A stretch of DNA of 64,000 nucleotides, from NCBI GenBank assembly GCA_002633005.1, contig NMRA01000582.1, forward strand, positions 162,610 to 226,609, given 5' to 3'. The translations under genes were made by a program, and so were the position numbers. Positions 12,782 to 24,363 of this stretch are shown one piece after another. Origin of the DNA: Phoronis australis (Eukaryota > Animalia > Phoronida). Numbering within the stretch: position 1 is the first letter of the stretch; the number at the start of each line of letters is the position of its first letter. The notes under the pieces are model-generated. The model searched no databases, was not told the DNA's origin, and worked only from the letters and a program-made list of their open reading frames with translations.

Positions 12782-13351
12782 GTTTTAATAACTGAAAAGT
12801 CCACTCTTCACAATCCCGCTTTGCTGTAAAGAACAGGATCTAGATTAGTTTATTGTAATTATGAGGGTGGTAAGAGGGTATTCAGGAAAGATTATAATTT
12901 ATGAGATACATCTGTTCACTACGTGACACCCCGACTACTTACTTAAGCTAACCCAGTTCAAGGAATATGTACTGGGTGGTAAGGGCGAGGTGATCTGGTA
13001 GTGCATTAAAGCAATGCTTTGAATTAGCATAAAGATATTAACATTAATTTTGACTACCTATAGACATTGCCCGGAGATGTGTGATGACCTGGACATTGGA
13101 ATGGGTAGCAACTTGGGCAGGGGTATTTTGTGTTTGGGAATCAGAGGAGAGATTGTTCTATGATTCGAAAAAAAATTCCATATCAGAAGGCACAGGCACC
13201 TTCCCCTGAAGTGAGCAAGGACCATGCCCACTTCCCAGCGAATGAACATTCGCCTTCTCAATTCTCATACTTGACTTGTTGCCAGTTTTTAAAGAAATTC
13301 TTTTATAGAAATTTGCTACTTATGTATTTTTGTGAGTAATAAGGATCATTG

Positions 13352-13788
13352 TCGCCCGGTTGCATGAAACAGTCCCAAATAGTGACTCAAATAAGTTCCC
13401 TAAATATAAGGCATATTTGTGGACTTTTGAAAACACTTATTGTCCTTTCTTATGTTGTTTAAATTTCACTATTAAGACAGGTCTTAGCTTTGATACAAAT
13501 CGAGAATGAGCTCTACGTTAAATTCTCAATATTACTGAAAATAAGTAGCCAGGGGTCTTTTCATGCAACACCCCTAATTTAAGGACTCAGTCCCTATTTA
13601 TTTTCAATGCGGAAATAAGGCTGCAATTTTTTATTATATTATTGGAAAATGAGGACCTCATAATGAAGATGAAATGGTGGGAAAACATTGCAGTGTACAT
13701 GTGTGATTAAAGAACGACACAAATACGCCAAAGATTTATGAAAATTAGTTGAGTCCCTATTTGGGACTGTTTCATACGACTGGGCACC
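13352..13788. mobile_element. MITE (PIF/Harbinger-like termini)
   Basis: GCCCGGTTGCATGAAACAGTCCCAAATAGTGACTCAA (13354) is the near reverse complement of TTGAGTCCCTATTTGGGACTGTTTCATACGACTGGGC (ends 13785). Confidence 0.8.
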
Positions 13789-13813
13789 AGTTTCTAAAAT
13801 TGCTGTTTTTCAG

Positions 13814-13919
13814 GAATTACACGAAATCATTGGAAGCCAAACAATGCTCGCCCGTGTTGTTCAAGTTCGGATTGCAACTTCAAGTTTGGACTTAAAAATC
13901 GGAAACATCATTGTCGACG
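13814..13919 (+). CDS. Tandem-FYVE (Pep7/Vac1/Rabenosyn-like) gene exon, FYVE1 N-half
   Basis: TTTTTCAG acceptor, GTGAGT donor; ITRNHWKPNNARPCCSSSDCNFKFGLKNRKHHCRR. Confidence 0.9.
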
Positions 13920-14809
13920 GTGAGTATGTCCATATTATTTTTATCTTATAGAAGGAAGGGATCATTTTGTGGTGGTGAATTTTGAAATCATAAACCACTA
14001 CTATACTAAACCATCTTATGCACTAAAATATTTCTCTTGAGGTTGGGTAGCTACCTGGCTTCTTCAGTCTGCAATTAAAGGAACCAAGCAATGAGCAATG
14101 TTGGAAGAGATATTTCAGCGTGTTTCCAATAAAAATTGGTTCATGCTATACGCATTAACGCCTTCACATAGATGAGTAGTTATATCCATAATCTAATTAC
14201 TCGCGTTTCATGTCTTGTTTGTTGTTTGTTTTTGTTGAGCATGGTTAAGTACTTTGGATTTTAGCATTGTTCTCACTATCTCTAAACCTCAGCATAAAAC
14301 CAAAGGACATAAAACAATTCCTGACTTAGTAAAAGACGCTAAAACCCATTTCAAAAACTGCTGTTCAGTTCAAAATACTTTTGTAAAAAAACTTGAACCA
14401 TGCTATTGCTCTAGTCAGTGATAAGAGTAAAATTGAATTTCTTATCACAGAAGCAATGCTGGTCTGACCACTCCATGCTGAAGGCATGCGTTCGTCAGTG
14501 AGTTATTGTATCTGCTTATTAACATTGTTCCTCGTAACAATAATTCTAAGATTAATGAAACAGTCTTCCAGAACAGGCCTAGTGGGATAAGTGTCCAATA
14601 CCTTTACTCAAGGTCGTGGGTTAGAGTTACACCGCGGCAGCTCCTCAGCTCGGTTTTCACTATAGATTAGTAAAGCATGAAAATAGTTCCAGGTGATCAA
14701 TGCAATGGGCCCATTTGAGCAGTTTGGTACGTCTGGTAGGTGTACCAGATCGCCTGCAATTATTTTATTTCGTAACAGTCTTCAATTTAATTGTGACTTT
14801 CCTATGCAG

Positions 14810-14900
14810 ATGCGGAGACATTTTCTGCGACAACTGCACTCGGTATAAGCGGAGACTCAACAACTTGGCACGTATTGATCCTAATGGTAAACTACGTAAG
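14810..14900 (+). CDS. Tandem-FYVE gene exon, FYVE1 middle
   Basis: TGCAG/GTGAGG; phase matches previous exon; CGDIFCDNCTRYKRRLNNLARIDPNGKLRK. Confidence 0.9.
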
Positions 14901-14991
14901 GTGAGGAGCTGACTATTAAAAATGTACTGTTGAGAGCCGCGGACTATTAATTATGGCAGCAAGGTCATTTTCTAAAATCTATACTTTTTAA

Positions 14992-15692
14992 AGGTGAGAG
15001 CAACCATTTTTTGTTAACTTTCCAAAAATTACAGATCTCTTGTTATCTGGACATTTTTTCATGTTAACATCTATTTCCCAGTTGTGTATTTGCTCTTCGT
15101 GCAACAGTGGAAACTGACGTAAATGCTCCAGCAAAAGGTCTGCATCTTGGTTTAGCATTCACTTTGATTGAATAAACACGAATGAACGACGTACTGGGTT
15201 CAACAGCGAGTAAGATATTGTGTTTGCTCAAAGGTAGCAAATTCAGAATCAAGATGAAAAACCAGACAATCGCCGCACAAATAAAAAAGTTCATATTCAA
15301 TCAACGTTTCGTCTATTCCTTAGATATCATCTGGAAATTTACAATGAACAGCAAGTGCCAAGATACAGCTGGATGTCACCTGAGCTGTATGTTGGCACTT
15401 TCTGTCCTTTGTAAATATCCTGATGATGTCTAATTAATAGACGAAACGTTAATTGAATATGAACTTTTTTATTTGTGCGGCGATCGTCCGGTTTTTAATC
15501 TTACTGTGGCCAAAAACTGATTTAAGAAATAAGATGAGACCTTTTGTTGGGCCGTCTGGGTCACTCTCTGTTATTCCATGGATACGAGAAACACGCCAGG
15601 AGAAAAGAAATAAACATTTAAAGTTCTCTTTCTGAGATAACCAGTGATCTGTGTTTTCTTGAAGGTATTGTGAAAAATTGCTGTTTTCCCCT
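14992..15692. mobile_element. Non-autonomous Kolobok-like DNA transposon with central palindrome
   Basis: TTAA|AGG...CCT|TTAA termini (TTAA at 14988-14991 and 15693-15696), imperfect terminal inverted repeats, and a palindrome with ~120-bp arms at 15251-15502. Confidence 0.7.
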
Positions 15693-15757
15693 TTAATGGA
15701 TTGTAATGTAACTACAGTTCATTACTGTCAATGTATACTGAGCATGCAAAACTCCAG

Positions 15758-15922
15758 TAACCTGCCTACCGTTCAGTAACGCTAGGACCTCGCTAAAAAG
15801 CAAGACTTCGCGAGATTACGTGAGATATTGCCGTGCATTTTAAATGAGAGCACGTGACTTTGGTTAGATTTTAGCTAGGTCCTAGCGTAGGTCCTAGCTT
15901 CTACTGAACGCACGCTAGGTTA
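15758..15922. mobile_element. Short MITE-like inverted-repeat element
   Basis: TAACCT..CGTTCAGTA.CGCTAGGACCT vs AGGTCCTAGC..TACTGAACG..AGGTTA. Confidence 0.6.
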
Positions 15923-16091
15923 GCACACGACGGCTTAAGGCGAGGTCAAATTGTTTCTTGCGGCAAAATTCATGTCCCATTAATATGTACTAGAGCCTTT
16001 TGAGATATTTTAAAATACGTGACCTGTGCATTTAGCTGAGCGATATTTATTAATTGTTCATGTTATTCAACACGGTTTTTGCTCATTGAAG

Positions 16092-16219
16092 GTTTGCAAG
16101 GCCTGCTTCGATAAAGGTCCTCAGACACTGGGTACTGTCTTTAACTTGACAATTGAGTTCAAGGAACACAGGAAAAGAAATCAACAAAAGAGTGCCTTTC
16201 TTGTAAATTTCGGGTACAG
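16092..16219 (+). CDS. Tandem-FYVE gene exon, FYVE1 end and linker
   Basis: AG/GTAATA; VCKACFDKGPQTLGTVFNLTIEFKEHRKRNQQK completes the FYVE (KVCxxC). Confidence 0.88.
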
Positions 16220-17064
16220 GTAATAGAACTTAAGAACATAGATTACGCTCAGCTTCGTGTAATCTGTATTATCACAGTGCTTTGAAAACTAAAGTATATG
16301 CCAAAATGGTCGTTCATTTTCATTTTTCTAAGGCGTATTACCTTTCTGAAAATATTGGGAACTTCAATTCTGAAATGTTGTTTTATGATATCGACGCACC
16401 ACCAACCATGCTTGCAATAGACAAAAGTGTACTTAATCTTGACTTTTGTACCGTACAGTCGTTTGGCTTTTCAACCTTTGCAACCTTCTAAGGCTTTAAT
16501 TCTAAGAAAAGGTGAATCTGATGCGGGAAACCCATTCAAGCAAACTAGAACCTTAGAAAAAAGTGAAACGTCAACTCAGCAACTGACATTTCCACGTTTC
16601 TATGAATCTTGTTCATCGAATGAATTTCTTATTCTGTGCTGAGCCTTAAAGAAGGTTGCAAATTTTGAAACAATTGATCATACCTTGCACACCATTACCT
16701 GGAAGCAAAAGCCAGCCTATCTTGTTTCCAAGAACAGTCACTGACAGGGGTACTTCATTTTAAGAACCAATTTCTCCACGGAATAACGGGCATTAAACTG
16801 AATCTCATAATCCGGGACCCGTGTAAGTGTCTATTGCCTATTTCCTGTAAATAGTATTCTCACTGTTAACGCAAAGTCGACAATGTGAACATGTTTGACA
16901 GATGTAAAAAGAAGTTGCCCATTATCAATAAGAATGTCCAATTCCATAGCCAGTCAAAGAGCTTGCATAAGTTTTAGCACTGTTGAAACTTGTTTGTGGA
17001 CAATATTTCAGTGAGAAACTCAATTTTAGCAACACCTCAAACACAAGTTTTTTCGATCTAACAG

Positions 17065-17188
17065 TTTTGACTTGTCGTCTGAGTGCAAACGATTGCGTGA
17101 AGGATTCAAGTCCAGCCGCAGTAAACGTCTGCCGGGTTTGAGGTCCATTGCTTCGACACCCAGTTGGAAGAAAGGTCCACTACAAGTG
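17065..17188 (+). CDS. Tandem-FYVE gene exon, inter-FYVE region
   Basis: CTAACAG/GTAAGT, phases 2 and 0 fit; FDLSSECKRLREGFKSSRSKRLPGLRSIASTPSWKKGPLQV. Confidence 0.82.
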
Positions 17189-18358
17189 GTAAGTGAGGAA
17201 CTAGGGATTTCCTTTCCGAAAGTGGGACATGGTTGCCTTCAAGAAGTCAAGCACAGACCAATGCAGAACGTTGGCCGATGAAAGTATGGCACTCAAGACC
17301 ATACAAAATCATAAAAGCAGTCAAATTCATGTCAGCTTGGTCAGTGATTCGAAGCTGCTATGAACAACGCTCTGGTGTTAAAAACAACACTTTTCTTTGC
17401 AGTTGTATATGTTCTTTAAGCGATATCGTCGTATTCCTATCCTTTATTTGAACTGAAATTATTTTCAATAAAGTGCCCGGAATTCCCCTGGCGGCCATTC
17501 AGGCTATGCGATGGAAACTAGCCGCAATCATGAGTGACATAGTGAGCCCAGCTTGGATTAATAACGGCCTTCCAGTTATTTTCGAGCCTAGAAATCATTA
17601 CTTATAGGAGTGAAAACGAAATGAGATGGATTTTTAACCTTAAGTGGCCTCAGATAAAATTCTCTAGTTAGAGACAGTGAAAACATTTTTGTTTGCTCAA
17701 GATTGGAGCATGTACAAAACTTTAAATTGAGCGATATTGGCCACCCCAAATTCAAGGCAAATTTTGGATTGTCATTGATATTTTCAGCAGTTTTATCTCA
17801 GATTTTAACGGTACAAAATTCAGCATCTAATATTTGAGAAATATCATGAATGGCAGAGTTACCCATAATCCCCATCTTCAGAATCAAGAAATTTCAAATT
17901 TTGGCTCGAACTTCAGTGTCCTAAACTGGATAATATTTATCATAATCCAAAAGTTGTTTTTTCACTGAAGGTGTAGGTTTATTGCTCCTTGTATGTATAA
18001 CACACAGAGTCACCATACCATTATTTGATCCAATCTGAACCAGAATGTCTCACAATATATAAGGATCATTTCTGGTTACTATTTTTGTCCGAAATTGGTG
18101 AGATTTGTGTCTCTTTTTCGCCAAATGTTTCAACATCTATAGCTTTTCAGGAAGTTTTACTAAATCATTGCTTTTAGCATGCTTTGTATGGTACAGCTAT
18201 CATCAATTGACATTTAATGAAAATTTTCAGCATTTTGTATTGATGTTGTAAGCCTCCAAAAATAGGGAAAATGTCAATTGTAGAAAATTAATGTTTGTCT
18301 CAAATTTAAAATTTTTTTGTCATAAATGGCAATGAAAAAGAGTTTGTACTCATTTCAG

Positions 18359-18559
18359 AAAGAGGGACTAGTTGCCAACTGTAAAGTGTGTCAGAGTAAG
18401 TTTCGCAGCCTGCTTCAGAAGCGACATCATTGTAACATGTGTGGGCTCGCCGTCTGCTCCAACAAAACGTGTTCAACTAAAGACCTCATTGTCTATGTGC
18501 CAAATGCAGGTGGTGGTGATGAGTTAGAGCCACAGTTAGCCATCATTAAAATTATCGGT
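18359..18559 (+). CDS. Tandem-FYVE gene exon, FYVE2
   Basis: TTTCAG/GTGAGT; CKVCQSKFRSLLQKRHHCNMCGLAVCSNKTCS. Confidence 0.9.
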
Positions 18560-19176
18560 GTGAGTGCTTCTTGAACTTGGTTTTCAATTCTCAAAAAGAT
18601 TTTAGAAAACATGAAATTCGTCTCAACTATTAAAGTAGAAATGAACTTGTTTTTTCTGTTGTTAAATATGTCAATTGCTTTATGTGGTGAGCCAGCCTGT
18701 ATTCATTGTATTTTCAAATTAAAGAGCTTTTATATTTGTGTATGAATGCCCAGGGTATAGAAATTGAAAATCCCAAAATTATGCAGGTGAGTGTTAACCT
18801 GTCTGTGGATTTTTAAGAGCAAAGTTTTTAAAATGTCAGGTGGGAGTTACAGTTATGTAAGTCATTTCACATGCAAGAACTAAATACGGGGCAAAATGTA
18901 GCCAGTGGGCTGCTTGCAAAGAACAGCAAGTGAATTACGTGAGTTTTGGGAGCTAAAGTAAGTATGAAGTTATAATCATGTGGCACTTTATAGGACCCAA
19001 AACTTTGACTGTAAAAACTAAGGTTGGCGTTTAAAAGTAAAAATAGATTGAGAGGCGGGCGTGTGGATGAGCATGTTTGTTGATGCAGATGAGAATGGTA
19101 TTACAACTTTTGTAGAAAACTCACTACACCACTAGCAAGCTGCGACCGCCTTGAATACTTGTAATGTTCATTACAG

Positions 19177-19368
19177 AGTCCAACTGTGGAGCCTGACCTG
19201 TGTGAATATTTGAGGGTCTGCATTAACTGTCACAGGGAAATGAAAGCTCGACAAGTAGATGAGTACAAAGCGTCGACTCAAACGGATGATGTCACATGGC
19301 AGAAATACATCGATGTCAGTTTGAAGCTGCAAACGACGCAGACCAAAATTGGCGAACAACTTTCAAAG
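19177..19368 (+). CDS. Tandem-FYVE gene exon, FYVE2 end plus coiled coil
   Basis: TTACAG/GTAAGT; YLRVCINCHREMK..KLQTTQTKIGEQLSK. Confidence 0.88.
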
Positions 19369-19663
19369 GTAAGTGGTAAAGGTCACGCCGTTAAGCTTCT
19401 TTCTCTGTCTTGTATAGATAGCCTCTGACCCATGTACACAACTTAACAATTACAAGACCACATATTTATTTTGTCACGTATTCTACTGCCAAGGACTACT
19501 TTTGCCCTATTTTAACTTTCGTTTTAGCGTCTTCCTTGAGTGGCGTAGTTCTACTAGCTTACTGTTTTGAAAGATTTACTTAAGATTATTTATGACCTCA
19601 TCAACAAGTCTGTGTTTTTAGCCATTAATATTTACAAAGTCATAGATTTTAACTTGGTAAAGG

Positions 19664-19817
19664 CAGTGGCGGATTTAGAGGGGGGCCAAGGGGGCCATGG
19701 CCCCCCTTAAAACTCTCCCAGAATTCCATTTGGCAGTTCGGGGGTGCGCCGTCTGACGGGCAAAATCCTGGCTAACACTCTGCCCTGCACCCACCCCCCA
19801 CTCAAAATCCTGGATCT
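19664..19817. mobile_element. ~150-bp MITE (CAGTGGCGGAT...ATCCGCCACTG type, Harbinger-like); further copies at 20352-20522, 25140-25295, 47752-47889, 49895-50057
   Basis: Shared internal sequence (GGCAAAATCCTGGCTAA, CTCCCAGAATTCCATTTGGCAG or reverse complement) and GGCGGAT/ATCCGCC ends in both orientations. Confidence 0.85.
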
Positions 19818-20043
19818 CGGTGCTCCTGGTTTTGGATGTGGAACCCTTTTATTTTTTTAATACAGTGAAATAGCGTTCCTAATTAGTCATGATATAACCA
19901 TGGAACAATTGAAATTCATTGATTGCTTCAAGAGATATATACACCACCTTTGAGTTGACATATTACAGGTTTAAAGTTTGCTATTTCAGCTTAGCATAAT
20001 TCAGCAGTGCATGAGTCTTAAAAGGCATTTTGCCTAATTTGGN

Positions 20044-20500
20044 CTTTCAGAGGTAAGTGGTAAAGGTCACGACGTTAAATTTCTTCCTCTGTCTTGTATA
20101 GATAGCCTCTGACCCATGTACACAACTTTACAATTACAAGACCAAATATTTATTTTGTCACGTATTCTATCGACTGCCAAGGAGTACTTTTGCTCTATTT
20201 TAACTTTCGTTTTAGCGTCTTCCTTGAGTGGCGTAGTTCTACTAGCTTACTGTTTTGAAAGATTTACTTAAGATTATTTATGACCTCATCAACAAGTCTG
20301 TGTTTTTAGCCATTAATATTTACAAAGTCATAGATTTTAACTCGGTAAAGGCAGTGGCGGATTTAGAGGGGGCCAAGGGGGCCCAAGGGGGTCATGGCCT
20401 CCTTAAAACTCTCCCAGAATTCCATTTGGCAGTTCGGGGTGCGCCGTCTGACGGGAAAAATCCTGGCTAACCCTGTGCCCTGCCCCCCCCCCCCCTAAAT
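20044..20500 (+). repeat. Near-identical duplicate of ~19360-19810 starting right after an N (probable haplotype/assembly overlap)
   Basis: GGTAAGTGGTAAAGGTCACG..TCTGACCCATGTACACAAC.. repeated, including the donor site and MITE; N at 20043. Confidence 0.85.
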
Positions 20501-20929
20501 AAAAATCTTGGTACCACCCCTGGGCAAAGGTATATACTTAGGATTTTTATGAAGTTCATAAATTAAGTCCTTTTCTTGAGCCCTTCATGCAAAAACAAAA
20601 CAATAAAAACAATTCCTAACAACATTATTTTGGTATTCGGTGCACTTGTAGTTGGAGCATTTCACGAAAAGTGGGCTGTCTATGAGTGTGATTAATTGAC
20701 ACTTTGCTACAAAAACTTTTAAGCATGAGACAGTGTATGCAGCTTGTTTTTGTGTATTTTCCACATTGGTGAGTAGGTCTTCAATATTGGTAAATATTTA
20801 ATATTAATCTTTTTTACATTGTAAACAAGTCAATTGGAAGTTGATGTTTACAATTTCCAAGTTAATACGATATCGCTGCTTAGGGTCTTTGGTAGTAATA
20901 ACAACATGACGGTCTGTTCATTTCTACAG

Positions 20930-21025
20930 TATCAAGCTTTAATAGACAGTATGGTGATCGAGACAGGAGCCCCTCCCTCTAACCCAAACAATAAGAGCAA
21001 CATCCAAACCTTGGAAAAGGCTGTG
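20930..21025 (+). CDS. Tandem-FYVE gene exon
   Basis: TTTCTACAG/GTAAGT, 96 nt, phase 0/0; YQALIDSMVIETGAPPSNPNNKSNIQTLEKAV. Confidence 0.8.
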
Positions 21026-21560
21026 GTAAGTAGGCCCGATGTAACGATTAGTCACAAATATTTGCAATAGGTGGCGGTCGCTTCATACCACTACGTCTTA
21101 AAAAGTCACTTGAGCACACCAGAATTGAAAACACAGTTCCATTTCAAAACACATTTTGGTGGAGTATGACAAAGAAATTACCATAGAAAAATAATAAAAC
21201 GAGTGAAAATGAACCTGGAAATGCGTTGAATCGATATGTGAACAAGTTAATCATTTAAACCAGATGACACATCACCAAGTTATCTGCGATGCCACAAAAT
21301 GTTTACCAGCCGACAGCTGTCCCACAAAACACTCGAAAAAAGAAAACAGCTGATAATTAGTGAATATTTGATGTCGTTGAGATTGTCGAAATTACATGCA
21401 GGACATAATATCTGTTTGAATAAAGGTTTTTTAATGAAAGTTACTTTTAAACTCGTGCTTCTTCCCTTTGAAGTGATGAGTGATTGAAGTTGTGTTTGAA
21501 TTCCTTGTGTGAGTTAAGATTTATTCCTGACTGTGTGCTAAGCAATTGTTTAATTTCCAG

Positions 21561-21668
21561 AGGGACTTGTCCGACCTTTTCTCTCAGTTTGTTGTTGCGT
21601 TGGATCAGTTGAAAAAGGCCGAGCCAGCCACAAGTTGTCAGCAGGTGATTGTGAAAAACATGATCAGA
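21561..21668 (+). CDS. Tandem-FYVE gene exon
   Basis: TTTCCAG/GTAAGA, 108 nt, phase 0/0; RDLSDLFSQFVVALDQLKKAEPATSCQQVIVKNMIR. Confidence 0.8.
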
Positions 21669-21879
21669 GTAAGATATTTTAATTTCAGTTTGCCTTGATT
21701 TCCTCGGTTTCAGGTCATCTGATAATCAACGGAGATATTTATTGAGTAGTTGTCAGTCTTAAGTAGATTACCTCTCAAGAAAACAAATTTTCATGTAGAT
21801 ATAAGTAGTAGATACTTTTTAAAAGTTTCAGATTTGCTGAATGGATCAGAAGAGTGTTTCTTAAAATTACCTGAAACAC

Positions 21880-23380
21880 TGGTGTTGTGTACTGTTTCTC
21901 CAGTGCTGTCATCAGCTAGAATGCATCCTCATCGATAATTTCGACCCCTAATGTAGAATCATCTCGGAAGCCGGGTCCCCGAAGTTGATCAGGCTTCGGT
22001 CATCACTTGGAGTGCCACCTGTTGTTTCGTTGTAACCATAACCACGACGACGCCTCTTCAGCAGATCTCATCACTGACTGCACCAAATTCTTCCTCGACA
22101 CTGGGCTGATACCTAGGAACTTCATCAACCCCCACATGCTGCTCCCGATGAAACCTCTACATCTTACTTCGACTGACATACAAAAACACTTCCAACCAGC
22201 TACTGAACAATCATGGGAATGTTCTACATACTTAAGTCTTTTCCTTTCGTTGGCCTCTACCATTCGGGATTCCCATGGTACTGTAAGTTCTACTATGATG
22301 ACCGTCTTTGTATCATCTGACCATAATACCAAGTCAGGCCGCAGTGTCGTCATCACTATATGGCTCGGGAATACTGCCAACGGCCCTACATCCACTATCA
22401 TCTTCCAATTACTTGCTGTAGTCAACACTCCTGCATCTTTCCTCCTCCCCAATGCACCTTCTCTGCAAAATGATGTTAGTGGGCTTTCGGTGTTGCTAAC
22501 CACCTTCCTTCTTTCTAGATCCAAAATATGCGCAATCACCTTGAGAATCTTGTCATGTCTCCACTTGTATTTGCCTTCCGCCAAAGCCGACTTACAGGAT
22601 GACAAAACGTGTTGTAAAGTGCAGCGCTCTCCACTACTGCTGCAAGAATCGTTTTCTATCCTTCAGGTTTGTCGGACTACGGAGTACGTCATACATAGAA
22701 CGCAGGATAAAACTTAATCTGTACTGGTCACATGAAAGCAGGTCGTTCGCTGTAATGCGCCTACTGTGAACCCCGTCCCATGCTGTCCAGACGCCCTGCT
22801 TTCTCAAACCCAAAGCATGTGAAAAGCGCTTCTTCTCTTCCTGGTGACGTACTTCGTCTAACACCATAGAAGGACGCTTTTTCCCTCTAGTTGTCTTCCA
22901 CCTCTTAAGCGGTTTCATGCCAAGGCCTTCACGTCCTCAAGAAACTGCTCCTACTGAATCTTTATGGTGAAGCCTGCTCTCTGCTGATGCCACTTCCTCC
23001 TCTGGACTCCACTTCCTTCCCGCAAAAACGTCAATCTTTACACCACTGATATCATCATCTTTCGAGTCCATCAGAGTCACGAACGTCCTGCACTTAACGA
23101 CTTTAAATTCGTACACAATAGATCGTGTAAGTAGGTTTACTGCTGAAGACCTCGTGTACAGGCCCAACCAGGTGAAACTTGGAGGATCCCTAACCACTTG
23201 CGCAACCAGCGGCTAACCAAGCGCTCTATCCTCTCCGCTGCTCTTACACTGTCAATAGACCAAACTGGTAACACCACACCTTAAAGCGACCAGGTAATCC
23301 ACACTTATTGATCTTCTGAAGATTTTCCTGTAAACTTTTCAGCGCTGCTTTTACATGGTCTCCATCCTTCAATGTGCCGT
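21880..23380 (-). mobile_element. 5'-truncated HERO-like (R2-group) non-LTR retrotransposon with restriction-like endonuclease
   Basis: HVLSSC zinc knuckle, YKWRHDKILKVI, LRPDLVLWSDDTKTVIIVELTVPWE..ERKRLKY (PD-(D/E)xK RLE), GRKWSPEEEV..AESRLHHKD. Confidence 0.88.
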
Positions 23381-23749
23381 CATACTCTTTCCCCAGTTAC
23401 TGTCATAACTATTTTTAAAAGAAAAAAATCCATGAATGTTACTGTTATGTCTTTTGGTGATTGTAAATGTCTTTACATGGTGGGATTAGTCGACATGTTT
23501 CATCCAGAGGAAGCAACGTTGATGGGTTTTATCAGTTCTGTTTTTCTGTTGTTGTTTCAGTACCAGTTCAAAGTTTGAAATAAATATTTTGTCACTGCCA
23601 ATATTGAAATGAATATGTACAACGCATGGTTATTGTTGCAACTGATTTATTGATTGTTTTGACGTGAGCGTTGTTTTTTCCAATCAGCAACTCAGTGGTA
23701 ATCTGATGTATGCTTACAAAATTTTATACTTGGTGTGCAAAATTACATT

Positions 23750-23785
23750 TTTTGTTTTGTTTTGTTTTGTTTTGTTTTGTTTTGC
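23750..23785. repeat. (TTTTG)n microsatellite
   Basis: Visible pentamer run. Confidence 0.9.
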
Positions 23786-23894
23786 TTCACCAGGGATTTT
23801 TTGTTGCTGAGGATTAGTTTATTACGGAACCATAGATTTTTATTTTGTGTTCTAACAATAATTAAACTGTGAAATTCATTTGTCTTTACAACCT

Positions 23895-24236
23895 ATTGCC
23901 CTGCAAATAATTGGTCTTTGCAACACATTGATCCTTGCAACACATTGATTCCTAATTCTTGCAACGTAACGCTGTTTGCAACACAATGGTCTGTAACTAA
24001 TTTTTCTGTCTTGCAAAACATGGATAATTACAACACAATAACCCTTGCAACTCATTGCTCTTTGAAACACATTAGTCCTTGCAACATATTGCTCTTTGAA
24101 ACACGCTTGTCTTTAACTCAATGTTTTTGAAAAACATTGATCTTTGCAATACATTGGTGCTTGCAGCTCATTGATCTTTGCAACACATTGGTGCTTACAA
24201 CTCATCGATCTTTGCATCTCATTGGTCATGACAACT
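23895..24236. repeat. ~20-bp degenerate minisatellite (TGCAACACATTGGTC.TT)
   Basis: More than ten imperfect copies ending at the acceptor of the 24247 exon. Confidence 0.85.
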
Positions 24237-24246
24237 CCTGTTTCAG

Positions 24247-24363
24247 GCATACAGCGACTATTATCTGGAGACCAAATTTACATTCCTAGAGTTGAAGGTC
24301 AGACTTGAAGAAGTGACACCTACGGAGATACTAGAATGTATTTAGGGCATTGTGGATAAAAAT
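24247..24363 (+). CDS. Tandem-FYVE gene exon with in-frame TAG (24343-24345)
   Basis: TTTCAG/GTGAGT, 117 nt, phase 0/0; AYSDYYLETKFTFLELKVRLEEVTPTEILECI*GIVDKN. Confidence 0.75.

Noticed and set aside
13060-13210. Candidate upstream FYVE-gene exon ending at GTGAGC
   Set aside because: The frame needed to join exon 13814 has a TGA immediately before the donor.
14570-14660. tRNA gene
   Set aside because: Only weak A/B-box-like remnants, no cloverleaf; at best a SINE relic.
22007-22717. 236-aa plus-strand ORF
   Set aside because: Antisense shadow of the HERO-like endonuclease region; no recognisable motifs.
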